This document shows, piece by piece, positions 1 through 13,680 of a DNA stretch of 64,000 bases. Each line of letters opens with the position of its first letter. Within the stretch, counting starts at the first letter, position 1. Below the pieces are notes generated by a model. It did no database searches and had not been told where the DNA came from. It worked only from the letters and a program-made list of their open reading frames with translations. The DNA is from Eledone cirrhosa (taxonomy: Eukaryota): positions 103,354,001 through 103,418,000 of the forward strand of contig OZ024743.1 of NCBI GenBank assembly GCA_964016885.1, in the 5' to 3' direction. Made by a program: the position numbers and the translations under genes.

Positions 1-1632
1 GACGCCAGGCACGAAGGCTGCGTTGTTAGAAGCAAAATACGTGCTCTAGGAAATGAGGGGCCAAAGCTATTAGCTGTCCACTATCCGGTCTTTGAGGGAC
101 CAGGATGGACGGGTGAACCTGGACAGATGTGTGAGGCCTTTCAAAGGCACTTTGCACGACTCTTCGGAAGAGACGGGGGTACGGATGGGGATGTGGATTC
201 CGGTCCATACCTCAACGGCCTACAGCGTCTGTCGGATCAAGTTCTGCGAGAGGCCAATTTCAGCTGCTGAAATAGGGGACGTGCTAAGCTAATGCGGCAA
301 ATGCAAATCCCCGGGTCTCGATGGTCTTCCATACGAACTTTATCTACCTATGCCGGACTTGTTCTCCGATCTCCTCAAGGCGGTCTACTGCAACTGCCAG
401 CAGAACGGGAGAATTCCCTGTTCTGTGACCAAGGGCGTAGTCTCGCTAGTGAGGAAGGACGAGAGCAAGGGGGATGACATTAGTAATTTTAGGCCCATAA
501 ATCTGCTAAATGCAGAGTTAAGATTTTGGCCAAGGTGTTAGCAAAAAGGTTGGAGCTTGTCGAGGGCAACCTGGTGGGAGATGCGCAGACATGCGCTATC
601 CCGTCCAGGTCCATTCACGACAACCTCCACCTCATGCGATACATCATAGAGAGGGTTCGAAATGAACGCGGCTTTGGTGGGGCCCTGATCAACTTGGATC
701 ACTCTAAGGCGTTCGATAGGGTCGACCATGGTTACCTGGACGCGGTGCTAGCGGCGGCAGGTTTCGGACCCGTTTTCAGGGGCTGGATTACTGACATGCA
801 CAGCAGCCGCATCTACTCGAGGGTCAAGGTGAACGACTACCTATCGGAGCCGTTCCAAATCACGCGGTCCATCCGACAGGGGTGCCCTCTCTCCTACCTT
901 CTGTATGTGCTGGCTCTCGAGCCACTGCTGCTGAAGTTGGAGTTGTTGCAGGCTATACCTTTGGAACCGGGATTGCGGAAAGCGGTGTCGGCCGAACCGA
1001 TGACGTGACAGTAATGGTGTCGAGGACCTCGGAAATCGGGGCGATCGGCACCTTACTGGAGGAGTACGAAAGGTTTACAGGGGCGAAGCTGAACCGAGAC
1101 AAGTCAGTCGGTTTGCAACTCGGCACGTGGAGGGGCAAACCGATGCCTTCCGACGGCGTCGTCGGATGCTGGACGGAGGGCCCGGTGAAGCTGCTCGAGG
1201 TCTGGTTCGGACCAGACCTCCAGGTGGAGAAGAACTGGGGTGAAGTACCGAACAGGATGTTTGCACTGACGAAGAAGTGGGCCGAATGCAGACTATCCCT
1301 GAAAGGTCGGGCGGAGGTGGCGAACGCTTATATAACGTCCGTCATCTATTACCGCTTGACCGTCGTGCCTTGCCCAGATGAGACGCTCACTAAAATGGAG
1401 GGCTCCTTTGATGAGGAGATCCATCTGCTGTTAACACCCTTCGAAAGGAGGGCTGGAGATGCCGTGGCTGCAGATGCGTAAACACGCATTAAGGCTACGG
1501 CACCTCCAGGTATTTCTCATCGGTCAACCGGTGTGGGCGCCGTTTGTGAGGCGAGCCTTTCCGAGACTCATCTTGCTCACCGACTTGCAATCCTGGGGCA
1601 AGCAAAGACCGAGAAAACTGGGCGCCTGGCAC
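1..1632 (+). mobile_element. L1/Tx1-type LINE ORF2 fragment (RT region), frameshifted and internally deleted, runs off the window start
   Basis: Pieces in several frames: FRPINLLNAEL, LDHSKAFDRVDHGYL, SIRQGCPLS, TDDVTV (YADD position), LSLKGRAEVANAYI. Peptides nearly identical to the element at 51875-57072 (ERPISAAEIG, LEPGLRKAVSA). Confidence 0.93.
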
Positions 1633-1633
1633 A

Positions 1634-1842
1634 CAAAAAGAAGAACAAGTCAACATGATTGGATACCATCAGAGTTGCAGGTGTTATATCAGAGTTTTCC
1701 TTCTCCTAGAATTCTGCCTTGACAAAGGCTAAGGGGTCATCTCTCCCGGTGATTTTGGATGGCCATTGACTCTTAAGAGCTCCTTTGCCCTTTGACAGGT
1801 TTTGTTTTTACTCCTGCAGGATGTCCAAAGTCATCCTCCTCA
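1634..1842 (-). mobile_element. 5' part of the bipartite RTE-derived short element
   Basis: Reverse complement closely matches about 26957-27165; abuts a (CATA)n tract at 1841-1860. Confidence 0.85.
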
Positions 1843-2194
1843 TACATACATACATACATAATATTATTATGTTTGTGAAATTATAAAACCAGAAGAACAT
1901 ACATACATACATACATACATAATATTGCCGAGGTTGACTTTGCCTTTCATCCTTACGGGGTCGATAAAATAAAGTACCAGTAATGCACTGGCCTTGTGCC
2001 TAAAGTAGAAACAATTATTACGTTATGACCGGCCTCTCTCCATTTTCGTAAAATGAACAACATTGCTTATTCTCGATCTGAACAAGTTGCTTCATTCTGT
2101 TTTTCCATTTTATTTCTGTCTTCATCTTTCCTCGTCCCTCCTTCTGAATTGCTACATTACCCACTTCTCTTCATCGCATTCATAATGTTCTAAG

Positions 2195-2450
2195 GGTGCA
2201 GCATGGCTGAATGGTCCCGTTATCATTAGGTCTCAGTTTCGATCCCACCCTTGGACAAGTGTTATTTACAATAGCCTCAGGTCGACGTATGCCTTGTGAG
2301 TGTAATTGGGTTAATGGAAGCCAATCAGATGGACAGTATTTGTTATCCAAAAGGCCAGCTTTGTCACTCACTGTCATGCTGAATCTCCCTGAGAATTACG
2401 TTAAGGAACACGTTTTTTAAGGAATGCTCAGTAGCCTACACATTAAATTC
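2195..2450 (+). mobile_element. Degenerate tRNA-type SINE (second family)
   Basis: A-box-like GGCTGAATGG and B-box-like GTTTCGATCC followed by CCTTGGACAAGTG...GCCTTGTGAGTG. Confidence 0.55.
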
Positions 2451-3119
2451 ATAAGAAAGCATTTACATTCTTCGCACAACTGGAATACACAGCCCCGAAA
2501 CCGACGAAGGTCCATTCCGTAGATAATCTTTTTTGTTCAAACTGTCTTTGTAATTTAGCGGAAGGAAAATTGGAAACAGTTTACATTTATATACTTCTAA
2601 ATATAAGGTTTCGTGTTAAGTGAAAGGAACTGACCTAGCAGTTATCAAAACCAGCTGGCAGCCATCATTATTTCGCATCTGATATATTTTGAACTCCGAA
2701 TACTCTAATTTATTATCACGAGTGGGATTTTAAAACCAACAAGTCTAGTGTTGTGTAAAGGATATGGGTATTTTAGTGCTGTAAGAATATACATAAATAT
2801 GAAATTTGATTCAACAGCTTAATAAAATGTTTCATACGCTGAAGCTTACCCATCTCAACACCCAATGTTATGGCGTATTTCATTTCATCGAAATGATAAG
2901 AGGAGCAACGTTCAAAATCCATTCACACCTTCAGTTCATCTTTTTATTTTTATTTTCTATCATTTTATTCTTCCCTTTATTTTTCTTGTTTTGTTATTAT
3001 AATTTCGTTTTCTTTTTTTTTTTTCTTTTCTTATGCTTTGTCTTTTTGTTATTGTTATTCTTTTACTTTTTCCTTCACTCTCCTTCTTCTTGTTTTTCGC
3101 CTACATCCCTCTTCCCCTC

Positions 3120-3184
3120 TTCCTCCTACTCCATCATCATCATCATCATCTTCTTCTTCTACCACCACCATCACCACTACAACA

Positions 3185-3224
<40 letters not shown>

Positions 3225-3247
3225 ATAATAATAATAATAATAATAAT
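3120..3247. repeat. Compound trinucleotide microsatellite (TCA/TCT/ACC/ACA/ACT/AAT)n
   Basis: Directly visible; a similar compound tract resumes at 9119-9190. Confidence 0.95.
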
Positions 3248-3496
3248 GTTTTCTTTATTAACCACAAGGGTTTACATAAAGTAGACATTAAGGACAGTAC
3301 AGGACAATACAGGACGGTACAAATGGGCATTTCTGCGTGTAAAAAAAACAGAGGATGTAATAAAATAACAAATAAAAATTTCCCAATAGGGGGGGGGGGG
3401 ACTTCCGAGGGACATTTGTGGAGAAAGCCGAATTAAAAGACCACAGTGACCCTGACCACCAGGGCAAGTGCCCTCTCCCAGTTTTCCACCTTTAAT

Positions 3497-6400
3497 TTAC
3501 AGACACATACTCAGAGTAGGCCCATTCACTCGGGCCATACTTGCTTCTCTCACCCATCTTTCAACAAAATGCTGGGAAGAGAGCACTTCCCTCTCTACCC
3601 TGATTTTCCTTTTCAAATGAAATTTGAAAAAGTCAATCAGGACATCACCGAAGAGGTAAGTGCTCGTCTTCAGCCCTTTCAAACGTGTCCACCATACTAT
3701 CTCTTTCGCCATGGCCACCAGACAGATAAAAACTGCCTGCCCTTCCCGGCTAAAGTAAGAGGGCGGGGCAATCCTCACGATGGACTCAGATGATAGCCGG
3801 ATCCGTCCTACACGCGACAGCAGGTGTTCGACATAAACCCACAAGTCAGCAATTTTCGGACACTGCACGAGTGCGTGCAGGACGGTTTCGTCACCCTGCG
3901 CGCATCTCGGACATGCCCGGCTGACGGCACCTCCATGCCTGTAGAGTTTATCTCGAACTGGCAAGGCTTCTCGGTAGCACTGCCAGGCCAGAGATTTCTG
4001 GAAGTTGTCCATAGGCCGCGGCCCGAAAGTTCTTCCGAAGAGATTGGCTAGTTGATTTTCGTCGACGCCTAGAGTTTCCCCAAGTACGTCGTCGCTCTTC
4101 CCCTCCACTAATCCTCTATAGAACGCCGAGGTGGAGTTTCCACCGATCACATTGCCTGATTGGTCGAGGGCTGTGAGCGCCTGAAGACATTCCAGTCTCC
4201 AGGCGCTACCTCACGGTCTTCGCTTGACCCAGGACTGCAGCTCCGTCAAGGAAACGAGCTGGGGAAATACGTGTCTAGCAAACGGCGACCACACCTGATC
4301 ACCGTCGAGGAAGAGGTGGAGATGTCGTAGCCTGAGCACGTGTCTGTGCATCATCAGCCACGGCATGCCCAGCCCTCCACGTAGCGGGTGTTGACAACAG
4401 ATGGACTGCCTGACCATCGGAGCGCGTCCCTTCCACAAAAAGCGAAAGAGCAAACGCTCCAGAGCAGTCAGGCGGGGCTTAGGACAAGATACGACGGTCA
4501 GGCGGTAGCAGATGACAGACGCGATGTACGCGTTAGCCACCTCCGCTCGACCTTTCAGGGATAGCTTCCTCTCCGCCCATTTCTGGGTGAGAGAAGCCAC
4601 CCTGCTCGTCACCTCGTCCCAGTTTTTGTCCGTCTGGAGGTCCGGACCGAACCAGACCCCTAGCAATTTAACCGGTCCGTCCGTCCAGCGTCCGACGACG
4701 CTGTTGGACGGCATGGACCTGCCTCTCCAGGTGTCGAGCTGCAGGCCCACTGACTTTTCCTGGTTGATCATTGCTCCTGTCACCGCTTCGTATTCTCTTA
4801 GTGTAGTGCCGATCGCCTCGATGTGTTTGGCGTTCGACACCACTACGGTGACATCGTCCGCATATGCTGACACGGATCTTCCGCATCCTAGTTCGCACGG
4901 GACGCCCCTCAACGTCTCCAGTTTGTGCAGTAATGGCTCGAGAGTCAATACGTACAAGAGGGACAAGAGGGGACATCCTAGGCGGACCGAGCGCATGATG
5001 TTGAACGGTTCCAAAAGGTGACTCTTCACTCTCACCACAGAGCAGATGTCACTGTGCATGGCAGCGATCCAGCATCTGAAGACGGGCCCAAAGCCAGCCG
5101 CCCTCAGGACTGCCGCTAGGTAACGATGGTCGACCCTATCGAAAGCTTTCGACTGATCTAAATTGATCAAGGACCCACCCGTGCCAGGTTCCCTAGCTAC
5201 CCTCTCTACGATGTATCGCATGAGGTGGAGGTTGTCGTGGATGGATCTGTCGGGAATGGCGCTTGTCTGCGCCTCTCCCACCAGACCACCAACGACAAGC
5301 GCCAACCTCTTTGCTAGCACCTTGGCCAAAATCTTGAACTCTGTGTTCAGCAGAGTTATGGGCCTGAAATTATCTATGTTATCCCCCTTGTTCGGATCCT
5401 TTCTCAGCAGTGCCACTGCTCCTCGGCTCACAGAGCTGGGAATTCTCCCGTTCTGTTGCCAGTTGCAGTAGACGTCCGCCAAGTAGACGTCCGAACAAGT
5501 CTGGCATCTGTACGTAAAGTTCATAGGGCAGACCATCCAAATCAGGCGATTTACCCCTTGTGCAGCCAGTCATTGCCTCCCGTACTTCAGCGGCTGTTAT
5601 CGGCTTTTCGCAACACTCCGCCTCAGTGGCCGAGAGATGCGGCAGTCCGTCGAGGTAGACACTAAAGTCCATCCCTCGACCCGGCCCACCGCTGCCTCCG
5701 AACAGCTGAGCGAAGTGTCGCTGAAAAGCTTCACACATTTTCCCGGGATTGAGTAGCATGCACACGTCGTGGTCCACCAAAGACCGGATCGTGGCTTTAT
5801 TGCCACGACGCGCCTCCGCCACTCGGGCCCATTGAACGGCTTTCGTCCCCTCGTGTCTGAGAGCACGCACGCTAGCTCTGACAACGCAGCCTTCGTGCTT
5901 TGCATTGAATAATTGGTCAAGAGCCAATTTCGCCACAAGCACGTGGGTCGCGATGCCTTTGCTAAGCGCCTCGTCTAATTTTCTAACTAGTTCTCCCTCT
6001 GCTCTATTTTTCTCTATTGCTAAAGCCTTACTAAACCTAATGGATTCTATTCTAATCGCTCTTTTCAGAGCAAACCACCACTTGTTGTTGACGATGGCCC
6101 CCGTCAACGCTCGCTTCACTAGTTCGCTAATCCGGTCTCTGTAGGCCTTGCGCGCTGGTAAGGACGCGTTTAGTTTCTAGTAGCCGGGTCCTCGTCTATG
6201 AAGCCTATCTAAGTCAAGCACACAGATCACGAATTTGTGGTCCGTGTAGCTGACTATCTTGAATTGTGGACAGCCTATGCTAGACCTATCTATTTCCCTA
6301 CAAAATACTCTATCTAGATATGATCTGGATGACCCTATGCGATTTGTCCAAGTCCACATTGGCACATTCGGGAAACCCAATCGGTACCTGTCAGACAGTT

Positions 6401-6918
6401 CAAAACGCCTGAGCAGGTTGGTGAGGCTCTTGCATCCTCCACCCCTATCCGATAATCCCACACAGTCCCAGCGTGCATCTAAGATCCCGTTCCAGTCGCC
6501 CACTAACACTAAAGAGCGGGACGTTCCAAGAAAGGTCTCCAGACGCCGGAAGAAATCAGGCCGCCCTGCTCCTGTCGGGGCATAGACGGCCACTAGCCTG
6601 AAAGCTTGCCTGTCTCCGCTGGTCACCTCCAGCACCACCAACTTACCCTCTGGGTCCAGGAAGTTGGCCCGTATGGCGATATCCAAACCTCTCCGAAAAA
6701 GCACAGCAACTCCTTCCCCCCGATCCAGGACGGCTGGGAGATGCGTACACATCGTAGCCGCCGAAGATCGGTGCGAAGGCCCGTGCTTCGGAGATTCTGG
6801 TCGCGCTGATGGCCACTACATCTATGTTTAGTGTCCTGAGGTAGTTGAGCAGGTGGCCCTGCTTCCATGACGACCCCAAGCCACGCGCATTTATGCTGCC
6901 TATTCTGAGTGAGGTCAT
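3497..6918 (-). pseudogene. ORF2 of copy A: APE endonuclease + reverse transcriptase + C-terminal Cys/His motif, broken by frameshifts and stops
   Basis: SINARGL, VYAP, GDWN, YLDR, TDHK (endonuclease); FRPITLLN, DQSKAFDRV, YADD (RT); CPRC...H...C (C-terminus). Confidence 0.93.
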
Positions 6919-6953
6919 GTTTAAAATGGAGTGGAAAAGATGGGAAAGACCAC

Positions 6954-8921
6954 TTACCGTACTTTTCGTAGAGGAAGGATGGTTTCTCCATCCCTTTTCA
7001 CTTGATCGTCTGGTGAAGGGACCGTTGAATCGTCCCTTCGGCTGGTCGTCGGTTCTTCTCTGAGTATGTCCGAATATACTCTTCGGTTGAGAGTCCCTCC
7101 TAGGTCTCTGAAATCACCAACTGCGTTGGGGAATTTCGTTTTAATGTTTGTGTATTGTTTCTGTGCTATTTTTACCAGTCTTATGTTCGTTGGTGTTTTG
7201 ATTGGTGCTGGTATTATGTAGTCGGGAATTGGCAGTATCGGTAGAGAGTCGGACGACATGCTTTCTAGCATAGTTACGTCCCTTTACGGTCTGAGTTCAA
7301 ATCCCGCCGAGGGTAATTTTGCTTTTCATCCTTACGGGGTCGATAAAATAAAGTACCAGTAATGTACTGGGTAATTGCTGGCCTTGTGCCTAAAGTAGAA
7401 ACAATTATGTAGTCATCCTCAGAAATGTCTGTGTGTTCAATTATGTAAGTCATTAGTTTCTTGTGTGTATTTATTGCCGTGCATTTGTTTTTCTGGGGGT
7501 GGGGTGTGGTTCTGCTATTTTCTTGTCGTTGTTGCTGGGTGTGTGTGTTTTGTTGTTGTGTTTGCGATGTTGGTGCTTGTGGTGGTGGTGTTGAAGGTGT
7601 TGTTGTTGTTGGCGGTGGGGTTGTCGCCGGTGGTGATGGTGGTGCTAGTGTGGGTGGTGATGGTGTTGGTGGTGTTGCTGCTGTGAGTCTCTTTGCAGTA
7701 GCCTTTACCCTTTTTTCATTTCTTTCCTCCCTTTTCGAAAGCGACGATGCGCTGCTTCTGCGTTTGTGCCTTATTGCGACCTTTTGCCATCCCTCTCCCA
7801 CCTCACACTCCATGTCTGATTCTGTGAGGTTGGGGAGGGGTACAAGCTCCACTCTTTCACTTGTTGTTGTTGGTGATGTTTGCAGTGGAGTCTCTGTTGG
7901 AGCTGCAGTTGGTATTACTGTTGTTGTTGTTAATACTTCCACTGCTGCTGCTGTTCTTGATTTCCGTGGCGTGGGTATGGGTGCCACGGACCTATCGTTC
8001 CTGGTTGCCGCTTGTCCTGTTGCTGGTAGCAGTGGAGCCGGTATCGGAAGGAGGGGGGTTTTCTCCTTTCTCAGGGTCTTCTCGTTGCAGAAGGCCCTGA
8101 GGTGAGTCTTCGATCGACAGCGAAAGCATTTCGGGCGTTTGCCCTCAACACTTATGGGCAGTTGAGTGTCGTTATCAAAGTCTATCACATCAGGGATGGC
8201 TTCGATGCACTCATGGTTGGTTTGGATTAAGATCTCAATGGAGGTGCCGACCCAAACTTGGCTGCCTTGCAGATTGATCGGGGTCCGGTTTTCGTCACCA
8301 TCTTCTTCGCTTCCTGTAATTCCTCAGTGTTATGAGGATGGTTTCCAGGTTCTTTGCGATACTTGCAAACGAGATTGGTTTTTCTTTGCTGCTGTTGTTG
8401 TTGTTGTTGTCAGAGCTGCTGTTACTTTTGTTGTTGCTGCAGGTACTACGACTACTACCGCCGCCGCTGTTGCTGTGGTTGTTGTTGTTGTTGCTGCTGC
8501 TGCTGTTGTTGTTGCTGTTGCTGCTAATGCTGTTGTTGTTTATGCTGCTGCTGATGCTGTTTCGGCTGCTACTGTTGTTTTCCTTATCACTGTTGCTGCT
8601 GCTGCTGTTATTACGGCTGCTACTGCTATTATTCATGACGTCAGACGAATGAAATGGGTTTTCGTATTTACCGCACACCTTTTTCGTCGCTGTCGTCGTC
8701 GTGGAGAAATGTTCCATGTTTTGCACGTGATTTTGGAAACTATTTTTCTTTAGTGGCGTCGCTTGCGAAAGAGAAGGGAGGGAGAGAGACACATTTAGAG
8801 AAGGGAGGGAGAGAGACAATCTTCTCTCTGCTGTAGTGACGATTGAGGAAGAAGAAGATGGAATGAGTGGGAGTGACTTGTGAAAGTTCTTTTTTGTAGC
8901 CATGTTTTTTTTGGGTTTCAA
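6954..8921 (-). pseudogene. ORF1 of copy A (N/S-rich N-terminus, CCHC zinc knuckle, P/T-rich tail), interrupted by a SINE and apparently internally deleted near 8300
   Basis: CFRCRSKTHLRAFC fits CX2CX4HX4C; homologous layout to ORF1 at 55068-56884 but much shorter between the FA motif and the knuckle. Confidence 0.8.
7224..7403 (+). mobile_element. tRNA-type SINE inserted in ORF1 with an 11-bp target-site duplication
   Basis: TSD ATTATGTAGTC at 7213-7223 and 7404-7414; A box TGGCAGTATCGG, B box GAGTTCAAATCC. Confidence 0.92.
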
Positions 8922-9409
8922 ATAAATATTGAGGACAAAACCCCAATAAACGGTTATTTAACCCCGAAGGGCCAAATAACGGGCAGAGAGACCCCTCTCA
9001 CGAGGAGGAGGGTGCTTTTGTCTACAGTTTGGTTAAAATTTTAAACAATTTACAATTGTTATAGCGGTCAAAATTTACAATACCTTGCAGAGCCGAGCCT
9101 CCGTCAACCAAGGCATTCAATAATAATAATAATAATACCACTATTACTACTACTATTGCCGCTGCTGCTACTACTACTACTTCTTCTTCTTTCAATGACT
9201 CACCGTGCTCTTCTTCGTTCGCATTTTTGACATTGATGAATTTGATCAATTCAAATCTGAGAACTATCTTTCACTCTTGTTCTGTGCTTATTACTTTATT
9301 TTATCTACTTCGACAAGATGTGACGTTGACCCCGGCAAGACGTGGATCCAGAACGTAAAGAGTCACAACAAATGCTGCTAAGCAGTCAATCGATTTTTTT
9401 AAACGAAAA

Positions 9410-10040
9410 TAATGATTTCTAGTATAGCACAAGGCCAGTAATTTTTTTTTGGGGGGGGGGATCGATTAAATCGACCCCAGTGCGTTACTGGTGCTTTATT
9501 TTATCGACCCCGTAAGGATGAAAAGCAAAGTTAACCTCGGCGGGATTTGAACTCAGACCGTAAAGGACTGTAACTCTATGCTGCAAAGCATGACGTCCGA
9601 TCCTCCACCGATACTGCCAATCCACCGCCCTTTTTAATGAAAATAATTGTTTCTACTTTTGGCACAAGGCCACAATTACCCAGTGCATTACTGGTACTTT
9701 ATTTTATCGATCCCGTAAGGATGAAAGGCAAAGTTAACCTCGGCGGGATTTGAACTCGAAAATAATGATTCCTAAAAAGGTTCCAAAACTCATCGTCATT
9801 GTTATAATAAAAAGGACGATGTGTTGGCAGTAATGGTAGAACGTCGAATATAATGCTTGGATTGGGGTATATTGGTACGTCCCTTTACGTTCTGAGTTCA
9901 AATTCCTTCAAGGTAAATTTTGCCTTTTATACTTTCAGGGTCGAGACAATAAAATACCAGTCAAGTATTGGGGTCGATATAAACGGCTTTCTCTTTCCCC
10001 TAATTGCTGGTCTTGTGCTAATGTTAGAGACAATTATTAT
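9410..10040. mobile_element. Cluster of three copies of the abundant SINE (about 9410-9630 minus, 9643-9757 minus, 9820-10040 plus)
   Basis: Shared core GAGTTCAAAT..GAGGT..A.TTTGCCTTT.AT.CTT..GGGGTCGATAAAATAAAGTACCAG. Other copies near 1926, 11050, 28519, 38640, 38870, 45920, 46210, 47290, 48000, 61190, 63385 and 63728. Confidence 0.85.
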
Positions 10041-10992
10041 TATTATAGTTTTGGTTGTTGTTGTCGAGGAAATATAAATGATTCTCAGGGAAACGATCTC
10101 TACCGTATGCACGAGCTACATATTTTATAGTGCAGTGAGAGACAGGGTCCATAATATCGACACTAATACCTCTCTTGTACTTATTATATTGACCACAGGA
10201 TGAGGAAAAGCAAAATTGACACCCTAGGATTTTCTGTTCATGACGTGAAAATACCGCAACTCATTATACTTGCCGAAACTAAATATATTGTAACAACTAA
10301 AAAAGAAAGCAGAACTGACTTTTTACTGATATTCCGATAAACTTTAATACGATCATTTTTTTTTTTAAATCTAGGACAATCCTTCTCTATTCTTTCGACC
10401 GGGCTGCAAAGTGGCCAGCGCATGGGCTCCCATTTGCTCATAATAGTGAGAGATGGGGGGAACGGGAGAGACAGAGGCAGTGAAAGTGGGAGTTTGGTTC
10501 TTTTGTATTCGGAGCTCGTGTATATATCTCACGGACACACACTCACACATCTAGTATCTCTACTTCTGTTCATCGTGTTGAAGTTCCCATTTATTAGTAA
10601 TCAGTATCCAAAAATTTACCCAGGAGCAGCAATCAGCAGCTAGTATAAATTTTATTTACCAGCAGAGAGCAGCCACAGATTCAACTACATGATTTGAACC
10701 AGCCGCTGAATATCCAATTATTTACGAGCTGTGAAAGACATCTAACACAGATACAGTCTTGTATATCATGTATTTTCTCATTGCTGTGAAATATTAAGTC
10801 GAACTGCTCACACAAACGTACACACATACAAACATACACCCACACTCACACATCCACACCTACACCCATACACGTGCTCACACTAGCTAGTACGCAGAGG
10901 GACACATATATATCATCATCATTATCATTATGAAATCGGTGGGGCGCCGTCTCGACTTGGGCATTTTAAACCAGGCGGACACCATCTTTCTC

Positions 10993-11023
<31 letters not shown>

Positions 11024-11049
11024 ATGTAATCTGAGTTGTTCGAATATTA

Positions 11050-11241
11050 ATAATTGTTTCTACTTTTGGCACAAGGCGAGCAACTATTCCAGTGTACCAC
11101 TGGTACTTTATTTTATCGACCCCGTAAGGATGAAAGGCAAAGTTAACCTCGGTGGGATTTGAACTCAGATCATAAAGGGCCGTAACTCTTTTGCTGTAAA
11201 GCATGGCGTCCGACCCTCTACCGATACTGCCAATCCACCGC
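11050..11241 (-). mobile_element. tRNA-type SINE, near full length
   Basis: Reverse complement aligns along its length with 7224-7403. Confidence 0.88.
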
Positions 11242-12269
11242 TTAATAATAATATTCGGTTCGTTTGCAATGATGCAGACAGCCTCTTTTAAGCCATACCA
11301 GTAGAATGAGCCCCTCATTCTTGCTCTTGTGTTGGCATGTAAACAGAACTATTTGTGTGTGTTTCGTGTGTATGTGTGCGTGCCTGTGTATGTGTGTGTG
11401 CGTGCGCGTGCGCGTGCGCGCGCACGTGTGTGTATGTATATACACGATATCCGTAGATAGAAGATCAAACAATGCTCAATCTATTGTAAGAGAGCGTATT
11501 TAGTATAAATAAAGTTCCATACACTTAACTGGCCTCTCATCGGTGAGACATCAGTTTTGATGAGGCTCTTCCACTATACAGTGGTGGCCATAACTGGACC
11601 CCAAAACCTAAAGTCGTGTGCGCATAGCTGTTAAGTTTTGAAACTTTCTTTATATTATATATATAAAACAATATTGTCTCTGATCGAGACGAAGCGAGAG
11701 TTTATTTTAATACAAATACAAATGAGAAAGCTCATCGCTAGAATAGCCGTTAAAACAGCTAAATGCTGTCAAAGATAGTGATAGGTAAAAATGCCTCAGA
11801 GGACAGAAATCAGCAGCTGGTGGTCAAGAGAGAAACAATCCACGAGGTTGATGACAGGCAGAATGAAATATAGACAATGTGATATGGTGGTATTTATACA
11901 TTTTCTAGCATGTTGATGAATTATCACACGTGTCTTCGGAACCCAGCATGTCTCGAAATTCCATGCCGCTAAAATTAGCAGCCTGGCTAACAGGACATTA
12001 AAATTAGCTCTACATGATGGAGCTGACAAATATATTGTGAGTTAGAAACTCCGAGTAGTCTCTTACAATTAAATAGCTCTAAGAAAAAAGCTTTTCTGAG
12101 CCGTACAATATAATTGAATAAACAAGAGAGATGAACATTAATATAAACATACATGTGTTCGAATCGTAAGGACTAGGTTTGCTAGAGTGAAAAATACTAA
12201 CTACAGCAATACGGTTTGTCAGACTTAATTTTAAATATTAAATTTAAATATTAAATATATATGTATATG

Positions 12270-12319
<50 letters not shown>

Positions 12320-12366
12320 CTTTATCTAGTTCTCTTTGGGTTTTAGTCTTCACATTTTTTTATTAT

Positions 12367-12426
<60 letters not shown>

Positions 12427-13093
12427 ATGTGTGTGTGTATGTATTGACATATGTATGTGTATATATGTGTGCGTATCTGTGTATGTATATATATATATAA
12501 AAACTATAATAAAGTAAGGAGTGCGGGACTGCGTACGGTTTATTTCTTTTAATACGGTTAGTAATATAAGTTGGAATACTTTGAATAAATAATGAATGAA
12601 TATTACATAATTTTTGTACTAAATTCCATAATTTTTATTAAATTTAATATAATTTTATTGCTTATTTAAAATTGACTTTTTTCAAAGTTTCAAATTTCTA
12701 CACTTCCGGTTTATCGCCTACACCACCACCGCTTCAACTACCATATATATAGAAAGAGAGAGTGTTTGATAAGAGAGATACAGATAGAGTGATTATGATT
12801 TTCTACACGCTGACGCGTATGTATGTGTATGTGTACATATATACATATATATGTATGAGTATATAACTATTATGAGTATATAGCTATAATCGCGCAAACA
12901 CAAACTTATAAAAATACACGTTCACAGACATACATTCACACAAATACACATACTTTCACACATACATTTATACAAACACATACTCACATATATACACAAG
13001 CACACACATACAGACATCATAGCAGCGTTCGATGAATTGGAAATATTCAACAACACAGTTTAACTCTTTTTTAAAAACTCATTTGTATAAACA

Positions 13094-13562
13094 TCTAAAC
13101 TATAATATAGTAAGGCGTGCGGGACTGCATCCAGAATATATTTTTTTTATCCTGTTTGTAAAATAAGTTGGATTGCTTTGAATAGATAAGGAATGAATAT
13201 TACATAATTTACCTACTAAATTTCATGGCTGTTCATTAAATATATTATATTACTTATTTAAAGATTCACTTCTTTAAAATTTTCAGATGTCAACACTTTC
13301 CGGTTAGCAATCGCTAAAACATTCATATATTTCCGTCACTAATTTTCTCCTAATGCAGTTTATATATAAATACGTCTTTTTTTAATATATCATGGATTAC
13401 GTTACTGATTACATAGTGTAACGCAGTCTTCGTTCAGTTTCTGTGTATAATGTCAATTACGATTTTATTTGATGTATCATATCTACATGCATATATACTT
13501 GCGTATAATATCAGACTACATATGATAGCAGGAAACCACCCGAAGGGTGGCTTTTCTGCTAG
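13094..13562 (+). mobile_element. Non-autonomous Helitron
   Basis: A|TC start, subterminal hairpin CCACCC-GAA-GGGTGG, CTAG|T end; a diverged copy of its 5' half lies at about 12497-12720. Confidence 0.75.
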
Positions 13563-13680
13563 TAAACATAACGTTGAAAGAGATAGAAGGCTAAACAATG
13601 CAAAATGTAAGACGAGGTAACAAAAAGTAAAAGTTACCTGGTAATCTTTGTTTTGTTTTGTTACTGTTGTTCTTTTATCT

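Larger units (their letters stand above)
3248..9118 (-). mobile_element. Apparently full-length L1/Tx1-type LINE (copy A), inactivated
   Basis: 5'UTR, ORF1, ORF2 and a 3'UTR ending AATAAAGAAAAC on the minus strand; (AAT)n at both junctions. Confidence 0.9.

Noticed and set aside
2806-3436. Poly-Y/H/T/L/N ORFs
   Set aside because: Trinucleotide microsatellite artefacts.
7228-7312. tRNA-like A and B boxes
   Set aside because: SINE heads; no cloverleaf, so not called as tRNA genes.
7461-8753. Hydrophobic plus-strand ORFs resembling membrane proteins (also 55670-56900)
   Set aside because: Antisense shadows of low-complexity LINE ORF1.
11909-12036. Segment bounded by good plus-strand splice signals
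   Set aside because: All three frames contain stops; no support for a coding exon.
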